From Octopus sinensis (taxonomy: Eukaryota): a stretch of DNA of 64,000 bases. Positions 52,335 through 64,000 of this stretch are shown here, piece after piece; the first letter of the stretch is position 1, and every line of letters starts with the position of its first letter. Made by a program: the position numbers and the translations under genes. The notes beneath the pieces are model-generated. The model was not told where the DNA came from and did not search any database. It worked only from the letters and a program-made list of their open reading frames with translations. The DNA is taken from NCBI RefSeq assembly GCF_006345805.1, contig NC_043015.1:4340001-4404000 (forward strand), read 5' to 3'.

Positions 52335-53850
52335 ATATATATATATATATATACGTTTAAATATTTGTTGTGCAAGATTTTTTTATGTGAAGTCGTGTGT
52401 TGAAACAGATATTGTTATATTTCGGAATGGTCATATTGCCAGTTTGGGCAATAAAAACACACGCACTATATATTTGGTGTTATTTTGCTTCAGTTATATT
52501 TATTTTTTATTTTTTACATTAATCTTAATCTTATTTCGGCCAAAGTTCTTTCGTCACACTCCTGTGACCGCATCAGTGGTCCTTTGTTTTCTTCTCACTT
52601 ACTTGTGTCTCTCCTTACTAACCGTCAGCCATTTTGTATTTCTATTGTATGTCTTCATTTGCGCATGCTTATATCTCTATGTGCGTCTATGTTTATTTAG
52701 TGTGTGTGTGGGGGGGTGCCTGTAATATTTGTATCTTTTGGTTATATACATTCTTGTAATTTGTATTTTGTTTTTGTTGTTGTTGCTTTTGTTCTAATTT
52801 TGTTCATGTGTTTACATCTACCCATTATTATCATTACATATGCTTGTATGTATGTATAACAACAATATTAGTAATAATAATAATAAATCTAATCGAAAAA
52901 AAAAAGATTATATATATACATATATATATATACATACATATACATATACATATATATATATACATATATACACACATTTATACACATATACATATACATA
53001 TATATACACATATACATATATATAGATATTCATTTCTATTTATTTAATTACCTGTGTATTTATTATGTTTGCAGGATCCACTATTGTCATATGTTGTGGT
53101 GTGCGCTATTGCTCCATTCTAGTTTTCTATTCAGGCTAGGTATTTCTATTATATGTGTAGCTTCTGTAATTTGTCTAATTGTTGCATCTGTTCTAGTGTG
53201 GACAATATCTTAATCTCTATGTTATTGATTGATCCCCCGTGTTCTTGTCGCGTGTTGGTACAGAATCGATGAGCTTTTACCTTCCTTGGTTGTCTCCAAC
53301 GTTCATTTCACCCGCTCACCAATGCTTCTTGCAGTTCCCCTACGTATGTTACTGTTCTTATTACTGCATCGTCCCTCTATACAGCTTATACTATAGACCA
53401 CATTTCTGGCTTTACAGTTTGTTTGTGGGCTAAATCTACATACAGTGCAATAGTTATCCGTACAGAGAGTTCTACTAAAAGGATAGGTTCTACCATTATA
53501 GATCTGATAGGGTTGCCTGGCTTTTCAACAACATTATTTCTTAGTTTAAGTTTATCTAGGGTCCTTCTAAAGCGGTACGCTAGTTCACTCCAGGGGTGGT
53601 GTCAACGAACATGACACTCTGGTATTTATGGCTATCATACCAAGAGTTGGCCTTCCCTATTTTCTTTTTTGTCCTTTCTATAGTGTTCCATGACTTGTTC
53701 CTATAGAGTGGGCAAATCCCATTCCTATCATTACATAATATATTATCAAAATTTCTTCATAAAAGATCACTGAAGCAAAATAACACCAAATATATAGTGC
53801 GTGTGTTTTTATTGGCTAAACTGGCAATATGACCATTCCGAAATATAACA

Positions 53851-53854
<4 letters not shown>
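52335..53854 (-). mobile_element. 5'-truncated Penelope-like element (Nematis/Neptune-type Cys-rich linker plus GIY-YIG) with inverted pseudo-LTR piece
   Basis: 53757-53105 across frameshifts: GICPLYRNKSW..WY..YQSVMFVDTTP..VVEKPG..CTDNYCTVC..CKARNVVYSISC..YVG.TARSIGER..RQITEA..LNRKLEW; 86-bp inverted repeat at 52409-52494 and 53769-53854; (TA)n flanks. Confidence 0.88.
52538..52582 (-). ncRNA. Hammerhead motif in the PLE pseudo-LTR (A9C variant)
   Basis: CCA-CTGATGC-G-GTCAC-AGGAGT-GTGAC-GAAA-GAAC-TT-TGG. Confidence 0.6.
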
Positions 53855-53886
<32 letters not shown>

Positions 53887-53889
53887 GAT

Positions 53890-54031
<142 letters not shown>

Positions 54032-55297
54032 CACTTTAGTTTATGGTGTATGTTCGTATTTGATATCGACAATTAGATACCGCACTTACCTGTATTCCGT
54101 AATCAATTTTCAGTTTTTGGTAATGTAGAAAAATTTAAAAATACGAGTCTGTTTAAAACTTGACGGCGAAGAATTTTGCAAATTCAAAATAATTAATGTC
54201 TTCAATGCGAATTAATCCAATTGTATTCGGTTTGAACGCACTCATGGAGTGAAATATTTGTTTCCTTTGTGCTGTGTGCAGACTTTACATTTTATGTGTA
54301 TTTTTTTATGAGTATTGAATCAAAATATACACGCTTTCTGAAAACGAAATGATGCCAAGGCATATCGTACAGTATTTAATCACCTATCATACACTACTCA
54401 AAACTCTTTTTGAGCTCTCATTCATAATGTTCATGAAGGTATTTAATCCTGTACTGGCAAGGGAATCTACTAATCTTCCACACTACAAATTTTTAAATAT
54501 TAGCCATGCTACAATCCTTTACATCTCAACACTTAAAATGTGCAAACATCATATCTCAAAAGATATTTCAAAATGAAAATCTTTAGATACATGTTTTCTT
54601 TTTCGAAATTAAAATGTTCGCTCTAAACACACGAACAGTATTATATATAAGTAAGATTTCTGATGCTCTCTATATTTTCTTTTTTATTAATGCTATTATT
54701 TCATTCGTGTGCTGTGATGTAGGCGTGCATGTTTGCATTTGTATTGACAGTCGTGTAGTGGTCGAGGTGGTTCTATTTTTATTTCGCATGAAACGATCCA
54801 TTCGTAAGAAAATCTAGTATAAAAGGCGTTGGACGCATGGATATATGATTTTTGTATTAAGCCGTGGGATATTGAAGACCACATTCGCCAACGCACTTTT
54901 CCTGGTTTAAAAATATACATTTCAGGGGTGATTTGACTAAAATTCCCGTCATTCAAGCGATCTAAATGACAGCACTTGGTATGTAAGAATTATGCTTACA
55001 AAAATTGATACTTGAATAGAGATATAGAAGACTATAAATATAAATAGGGAGATACACTTTTGTATAACACTTGATGTGTAATACATAATGCGCTGGTGGC
55101 GTTCTGTTTACTTTATTGACTATATACCCTCTGGAAATACACATCTTCTGAATGAAATTAAATTATGAAGGAAGTATGTATTGCTTAAATTTATACCTTT
55201 AAAATGACATATATATATGTACGAATATTGACGTAGCCAGTGACTAACGCCTTACGTACACACACACGCACAGATACACACATACATGTATATGTAT

Positions 55298-55339
<42 letters not shown>

Positions 55340-55554
55340 GCATGCGTGAGTATATGCATGTGAGAACATGTGTGTGTATATACATATATACACATGCATG
55401 CATACATACATATACACTTGTATTCGTTTATGCATAAATGTGTGTATATATATAAGTATATGTATATATATATATAAACAAATAGATACATAAACATATA
55501 ATTTATATATACATGTATGTAAATATATGTGTATCTCTCTCTCCCCCTTTATGT

Positions 55555-55616
<62 letters not shown>

Positions 55617-57215
55617 CTTATATGCATGTGTATTTACATATATACTTACATACGTATAATCATACATATGTACTTACATACATATCGATATGCATATATT
55701 CTACCAAAAATCTGTGCACGCATATACATATTTATATGAAAAACAATACCGGCCGAGAGTCACATGGATGAAGAACAGATACAAAATATGATTGCGGTGG
55801 TGTACAAAAGTAAATAAACAGCAGCAAAGAGATTCAGAAAAAGAAAAAAAGCGTTAGGGAGTAAGTGAGAAAGTGAATGGATGGTGGTAGATCAATTGAT
55901 ACGGCATAAAATAACAAGAACTTTATTCAAACGTATTAAAAAGAACTGGCTTTGATTCCCTACATAGTATTTTCTCATAAACACGCACACAAGACTTTAC
56001 GGTTTTACGTATACCCACATCAATACATACGGACATATTTCGAATATTTATGATTGTGTGAGTAAGTGTGAGTGAGAGAGAGAGAATATTTGCGTGTTTG
56101 TGATTTGTATATATATATTTTTCATATAAGTACGTGTATCAGTGCATTCGGTGAGTGAATGCGAGCGAGTATAAACGTAATTGATTGAAATAATAAAACC
56201 AGTATTTACAGCATTCTTTCTCTTTCATGTGAGTTGTATTCTACACCAATATCAAAAAATATGTGCTGTTTATTGAATACTTGCAAAATATATGTAGAAT
56301 TCATGTTGCTCTATCCTTTTCATGGTTGTCAGATATATTGGTATATCTAATTATTTTTTATTTGTTTGCATTCCATTTTCTATATAACTTTACATCTAAA
56401 TACACATACATACACAATCAAACAGACACACACAGAAAAACACACTCATACATATATACATACACACACATATATACTTATACTGACATGTGAATATGCA
56501 CACATACATGTTCGCGTTAGTGTGTGTCTTATTGACCGAGTATGAATCTTTGAAAAAAATATGCACCATATATTTTATAGAAATATTCAAACTGGAATTG
56601 GATTAAAGTAGACACTTCATGCAAGCGTTCAATATATAAATAAATATAAGAAATATAAGCATGTGCGTGTGTGTGTAATGTATGATATAATATATATTTA
56701 TATATATTTATATATATATATTTGTAATTGTGTAACACTTTTCTGAAAAGGACGATGAAATTAGCGGTAACTTAGAAACATATATTTTCTCACTCTGCCA
56801 TCCATAGAATTAATTCAATATGAAATTCTGCGGAAAGAAACTTTGCAAATATTCCATTTTCTCGATTTGCAATATTGGTGAAAAAAAAAAAAAATAAAAG
56901 CGCTTCGAGGAATCACATAATACATACATGGTTATTGACAAACACATATACCTATCCGGACTTTCTCTGCACAGTGATATGTAAATAATATTTAAATATC
57001 TACACTATGTTTAAATATATAGATAGACATTTTACTTACTGTGACTATTCATTGTAAACGTACATATTTAGCCAACGTTTTTGTTTTACGGAATCCAAAT
57101 GTTATTTCTTTTAATTGCTTCGTGACTCTGAATATCTCTGTCACTAGATTAAACATTTTTTTTTTACAGTTTTTCCCTGTTTTAATACACACACGCACAC
57201 ACACACACACACACA

Positions 57216-57260
<45 letters not shown>

Positions 57261-58904
57261 GTACACACATATATATATATATATATATTGCAAGAAATAG
57301 AGTATAGTAACATATAGATATTTCTTATACATACAGTTGGATTTAATTTAATTGATCTACCACAAAATTGATGTTATGTAGTGGATTGTTTATGGATATT
57401 TAGACATATAAAAACAATATGCAACGCACTGTATTTGTTTCTCTAGATACATAATTTAAATATCTTAGTACGTTTATTTATATATTGTAGATTTATATTT
57501 GAAGCGAAATGTTGCTGTTATTGCTAAAACATATTTCCCAAAGAAAAAAATATACAAATTTCCAAATAACTTCAGAGTTGATATTTACAAGAGGGTTGTC
57601 CATTCTCTTTCCCATCGCAAAAGTATCGAATATATTACATAAAGTCAGTATATTCAATTTTAGAGTAGACGCTTATTATGTGTCTAAAGACTGTGTAATT
57701 GAACATTTCTCATTCTTGCACAAATTAGAGCGTACTGATTTAGCTGTATCGAAGACGTATATATAAGGATGATAAACCTACATTCATCCTCTAGTAATAT
57801 TTTGTTCGAACTATGTGCAGTATTTCACAGCAGTTAGTTGTATGATGTATATAATATTATTTGTTAGATAGCTTATTGTCGTATATATATATGCACATAT
57901 ACTGTCGTATATACATACACGCTGGAAAATAATGCTGACTTGAATCCGCAAAATATTCTATGGGAAGATAGTGAATTTATATATGCATCTATATATATGT
58001 TATTGGCAAACAGGAAAAATAGCATTACGTAAATGGACTTTTCGACTAACATTTGAAAGCATTTGCTTTTTGTATCTCAGGCAGAACGTACGACATCAAA
58101 AGTCGTACGTTCCAAAGAATTTTAATTATTTCAAAAGTACACAAAGTGTGCTACTTAATATTTTATGGAGAAGATCAAAACTTGGTGTTTATACACTTGG
58201 CATGATGTAGTTAATCAGTACTCGGTATAAACGCCAAATTATTTCTTACAATATACTGGAAGACAGACACGAATTTTCTGATATTTCAGTATCAGTTAAT
58301 AAACGTGCAGTTAAACTAATTTCTATTTATCGTTGCAGTATTAGAAACAGAAAATGTTACACTTTATTAAACTCAATATATAATTAATATAATTTAGACA
58401 TGTACATGTGTATTAGTAAATATGTGCATATATACATATACATATACATATACATATATATATATATATATATATATTCATACACACGTGCGCGCGCGCA
58501 CACACACACACATATATACATGTAAATTTGACACGAGCAATTTTGATTCACAGTCACACAGCTCGGGGGAATTGCGCAAAAATCTACACGTGTAGAATGA
58601 TCCGATGGGGATGCTGGGCGTTCTATATTTTCATAGTTCATATGGTTACCTAGATAATTTACTACAATTGTACTGTTTTGTTTATGAATGAGAAAAGAAG
58701 TGGTGATAGATGAATAAGGAAGGAAGGAGTGATGTAAATCTTGGGATTGGGATGATGAAAATTGTACGCTAAAAAATAAATCAAACAGTGTTTCAACTCT
58801 GCGTGAATATGTGTGTGTGTATGTAAAGGGTGTATGTGAATGTGTGTGAATGTGCGTGTGTGTGTATGTTTGTGTTTGTGTGCGTGCACGTGCGCACGCA
58901 ATGG

Positions 58905-59128
58905 TTCATCTTTGTTTTCGCTTAGAATTTGAATTTATTTTTTGATTTTGTTGGATTTTAGTTTGTTTTTTTGTTGGCCAGTAATTTTTAGCGTTTTGAC
59001 AGAAAAAGGTCATTCAAAAATTGTTTTTTTTAACGTAATCGTTCCCAAAGAAGTCGAATGCTTACACAGAGCAGGTTTTACAGTCACATCATCCAAATCG
59101 ACCAGGTGAAACCGGGCTTAGCTGCTAG
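58905..59128 (+). mobile_element. Helitron-like 3' end
   Basis: Hairpin CCAGGTGAAACCGGG, 8 nt, then CTAG|T at 59125-59129; left boundary uncertain. Confidence 0.6.
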
Positions 59129-59171
<43 letters not shown>

Positions 59172-59184
59172 GTAGTATGTATGT

Positions 59185-59553
59185 ATACGCGTAGCTCGGA
59201 AAAGCATCTTTCGGGCCGATGCTGGTGGCGCGTAGCTAATACCAACCCCCGGAACATATTAAAAGCATTGTCCGAGCTCTGGGCCATTTCCGCTCTACCG
59301 GTCATTCGTTATATCTGTCTGTGTTCGGATTCTCCTCGACAAGGGCCATCAAGACTCCCAACTTCAACGTAACTAGGAATTAATCTTCTCTCTTCGATCC
59401 TCACCTGCAATCGATTTTTGTAATTTTTTCAAGGTTTATACACGCCCTGATACCGTCGGTATCCATATAGCAAATTTGAGCGTAATCGGATGGAGGATGC
59501 CCGAGATCCTAGAAGATACACACACAGAAAGACAGAACGATTTTATATATTCG
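59185..59553 (-). mobile_element. Non-autonomous Helitron-like 5' portion
   Basis: Minus strand starts A|TCGAATATATAAAAT..TCTGTC..TGTGTGT..CCGATTACGCTCAAATTTG, a layout typical of non-autonomous Helitron 5' ends. Confidence 0.55.
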
Positions 59554-61964
59554 ATATATGCATGTGTGTATGCCCGTGTGCGTGAGTATATACACACATA
59601 TGTAGTACATACTCATGTATCAGGAGAAAGAGGCTCTCTTAAAAATTGGAAAGAGAAAATGATGTGCATTGATACGTAGATAAATAGATTGCTACTCTTT
59701 ATAACATAGTCTGTTTATTGCAGAATCCTTCGAATGGAAAACCATCTGCTACTTACTGCAAATGATATAATGCATTTTGCAAGAAATATTTCCTGATATG
59801 CATGTGCGCTATTACATCGTCTAGGCTTGTTGTTCTGGTTGGAATGAAGCAATATCTTTCCAACAACTTTACAACTTAAACCCTAAATGTTATTTCATTT
59901 GATATTGTCATTTTAAAATCAATTAGAATGTATATATCGCAACTTTATATGGCTTCGTTCTTTGATCTATCCCTTATATTTGGAAAAGCAGAAACTTGAT
60001 AGCACAATGGATACGTATCACATAATTTATTTAATAGTCAGATGCAAATTTATTTTATGGAAATTAAAGGGCTTTCTGGATAACTTATAAATAAACGATA
60101 TTTTTAAAATGTAGCCAATTTCACAAGAGTTTTGCCAGTTTTCTCAGCGATTGTATATTAGCTAGATCATCAATGACATCATTTGAGATAGGAGTGCTCG
60201 CTAACAACAGAATCACGCACATACATACAGATGTATGCTTACAGTTATAATGTATAATGAAATACCCTGCTTGTGCTTCTCTGTCTGACGCTCTCTTTAT
60301 GTATATCTCTTTTAATCTATCTATGTACGTACAACTATATACTTAAGTGCATATATATATATATATATGAAATATAAGAGAAAATATTTGGCATCACTTA
60401 AAAAAAAAACAAGATTCAATTTAGATAGATAACACAGATGAAGAATATAATGTAATAGTATCGGTTTAGTCTGCATCTAAATTAAATGTATTTTCGAGAG
60501 ACGCCAAATGTTTTGCTTTTTATTTCTTCCTTTTAATAATCTGTATCCTTCTGCTCAAGGAGAAACCACTTCCAGCCGCATTCGATTGGCAGTTTTAAAA
60601 CCGTGAGAGCCCAAAAAAAATAAATAAAGGAAAGGAATGGGAAGAAGAGGGATGGAAAACAGACATGCCTATTTGCCAATCTGAATTTTACCCCCCTTTT
60701 CTCTATACGTTCATGTATATATATACGTGTGTGTGTGTGTGTGTGTGTATCTATTCTGTCTGTATGTGCGTGTGTGTGTACGCAAATACTTTTGTTAATG
60801 CTTACAATTAATTTATTTCACTTCTCAGTTTCTTTTACTTTATTCCATCCCATCTTACTTTAGATATATCTTTATGATTCTGTTTCCTGTTAACTCCTTT
60901 TTGTAGGTCCTGTAATACAAAACGTTTAACGCTAGTTAAATCCCAAATGGCAATAATTACTTCAGTAATTTGTACATTTCACGGCTTTATATACATAGAT
61001 TCATTTACTAACTGACCCCTCTTCAACACCTGCCTTTGATCACAAAGCTTGGCTTTTCAGAAAAAAATATTAAGTCTGAAATAGTGAAAATATATTCATG
61101 AATACACATGAGAAACGCCGAATCAGACATAACGAAATCAATTATGCCTGCCCCAATGGGATTTTAACATGTACAAATGTCTTCCAGTGTAGCCTGGGCA
61201 AACGAATGCATTGTTTATGAATGTTGTTGACAAAAAACTCAGTTGAAGCCCGCCGTGTGTGTGTGTTTGTGTGAGTGTGGGCGTTAGTGTTCGCATTTGT
61301 TTCCCACAACAGGAAAACAAATGGTGATGATTTATTTCATTCGCGGCAGTAGGAAGCGGTAAAATAAATAGCAGAATTGAAAGAAATGACTGCGTTCGAG
61401 TTTCTTCGATTGGTCACTTCAAGACCATGCCTCATAATGGCCACCATGAAAAGACTCGACCCTGTAAATAATAAGAGAGAAAAGATCCCCAACCGTGGAC
61501 TCTATCCTATTACTTGTGCAGCTAACACTCGTTAACGATCATATAATCGCGTTCTCTTTTATCACTTGCACTGCTTCAGCAAAATCCGTAAAACATATCG
61601 ATCCTTTTCTAAAGGATAATTCCGTGAATTATTTTCAAGATATCACATCACTATATGCGCAAACGTTACACTCTACCGACTTAGAAACTCACAATCCTTC
61701 AAGCCTCGTGTGTATACACATATATATGTGTGTTTGTATGTGTGTGTGTGTGTGTGTGTTGGTATGTGTGTATATATAATCCTATACACATACACGTGTA
61801 CATTTTCTCGGTATACTGTAACGTATGTTTTATTCATTATACGAAGACTTAGAAATAATTCGCTCGTGTTAAAATGTAATGAACAAAATAGTTAGAAGAA
61901 CTAAATAGGAAAACCATATAATATATGCACTTAAACACGTATGCACATATGTACATAAAATGTA

Positions 61965-62003
<39 letters not shown>

Positions 62004-62007
62004 GATG

Positions 62008-62041
<34 letters not shown>

Positions 62042-62054
62042 TACGCGCACTCAT

Positions 62055-62141
<87 letters not shown>

Positions 62142-62795
62142 TGCATCTATTTAACGTTTCGCGTGTATTTCACATTAAATAGTTTGACGTAGATATTGGC
62201 GAAATCAATTATATTCTGCTGTCAGCAATTCAGTGAGCACTGTCTCAGGAAATCGAAACTTAGACCCTGAATACATTTTCCCTCTATAAATTCAGGAGCG
62301 TTTGAGAATCCTTAGGAAAATAATACTCTAATACATGAGATAACTTCCAAACATTATTAACTTGCAACTTTAAGCCTATATCTTTCCAAATGTGATTATA
62401 TGGTTAACTAACAAAATGAAAACACTTTCCTAACATATAAAAAGTTACCGGTTTCCTACACGTTTATCTTATATATGCGCGTGTGCAAATGAATGTAACT
62501 CTATGATTGTATGTTTTTGGAACTTTTAACATGTCAATGCTATAAGAGTTTAAGTACTTGCGTTCAGGTAATACTATATCGATGCATGTTCATCATAAGA
62601 TTTCTATACCATTAGATATTTTCTAAGATGCATTTTTCATGAGTAAATTTACCTTTCGAAGTGTCAATTACAAGACTTATTAGTTTATAATTAGAGCAAA
62701 TTTTAAATGTAAGCCTGAAGATGTACGTAAATCAGTGAAAATGTGTTACCTCTAATGCATTACATTCAATTTTAACGTATATGAGTGTGCGTATG

Positions 62796-62856
<61 letters not shown>

Positions 62857-63027
62857 AAGTATGTATTTGTATATGCATATATATGCATGTATATATATAT
62901 TTATAAATGAGTGTGTGTACACATATATATATATATATATGAATACATACACTGCATAAAACAGTTTCGACTTTGCACTTCTATATGACATAGTACGTCT
63001 ACACATATGTATATATATATATATATA

Positions 63028-63104
<77 letters not shown>

Positions 63105-63719
63105 TATATATGCATACGTATCTATGTATATATCTGTCTCTCTCTTTCGATCTCTCTGTATAAATATATATGTGCGTGTGTCTGTATGTGTGTACATATG
63201 TATATATACATACACATATATATGTATGTGCCTCTCTGTACACACTCACATATAAACGCACACGTAAATGAGGTTCAGTAGAACATGCCAATCACATTCC
63301 CATCACACTGAATACGTGGGTCGCTGAGTTTGCAATGGTGCATAATTTTAGACGTCTACCAATATATTCAGAAAACTATGGTCCACGTTTCTACGTTCAT
63401 CTCTATACTTCTTGTAATTTCTGAGACACTGCATTAATATGCATTTTAATTCTACTGAAAATATTTTAAATGAGTAGGTGGTTGTCTGTATCCTACGGAA
63501 AAAAACTCTTCGCACATTCTTTCCTCCACCATGAAGAACATTATCTAAAATTTTCTTTTCACTATGAATAATGACAGGTTTTGAAAAGTTGACGTTTAAT
63601 AGAATTGACCGAAATATCGAAATCACTGCCAATACTATTCTCGTGAAAGAGAGATAAATTTCTACACTACAAAAGTACGGAGTAACGCTTCAGATTAATC
63701 CAAAATTGATTTTATAATA

Positions 63720-64000
63720 ACGGTTTCGAATTGTGGCACAAGATCAGAAATTGGTGAAGGGAATGAAACCGTGTACATCGATCATAGTGCTCAGCTTGTA
63801 CTTATTTCGTCAACCCTTATCTGATGAAAGACAAAGTCCAAATTGGCGAAATTTGAACTCAGAACGTAACGGCAGGCGAAATACCAATTTATTTACTATC
63901 CACAAGGGGCAACACACAGAGAGGACAAACAAGGACAGACAAAGGGGTTAAGTCTATTACATCAAACCCAGTGCATAATTGGTACTTTATTTATCGACCC
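63720..64000 (-). mobile_element. SINE family A multimer, running off the window end
   Basis: Same unit junction GAAATACC|AATTTATTTACTA as in 21847-22442. Confidence 0.8.

Noticed and set aside
58384-58641. Minus ORF starting MNYENIERPASP (tyrosine-motif-like)
   Set aside because: Short, runs into microsatellite, no partner exons or clear splice sites; cannot be supported.
63348-63632. 94-aa minus-strand ORF in non-repetitive DNA
   Set aside because: No recognisable domain; length compatible with chance.

Overview
Eukaryotic, AT-rich, repeat-dominated window with no intact protein-coding gene. The SINE families and the extreme (TA)n/(CA)n/(GATA)n load point to an octopod cephalopod (inference, not database-checked). 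Almost all ORF-track entries are microsatellite read-throughs. Recognisable content: about 20 tRNA-derived SINE copies of 4-5 modular types; decayed LINEs (R4/Dong-like, CR1-like, RTE-like); two mariner relics and one Tc1 relic; several MITEs and foldback elements; an internally deleted Gypsy element; Helitron ends; and many Penelope-like (PLE) remnants in (TA)n tracts. Highlights: (1) a TSD-flanked 2.24-kb non-LTR element encoding only an ORF1/Gag-like CCHC protein, inserted in a SINE tRNA head (2874-5112); (2) a set of minimal type I hammerhead ribozyme motifs, including a back-to-back pair in a ~300-bp palindrome (49410-49710) and a U3-A8 compensatory core variant (32802-32849); (3) a SINE whose 3' end is repeatedly followed by GGT and which forms head-to-tail multimers; (4) weak traces of a decayed MAM-domain-like gene; (5) a 1.1-kb tandem duplication that looks like an assembly artefact. 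All calls are by eye; boundaries of decayed elements are approximate.
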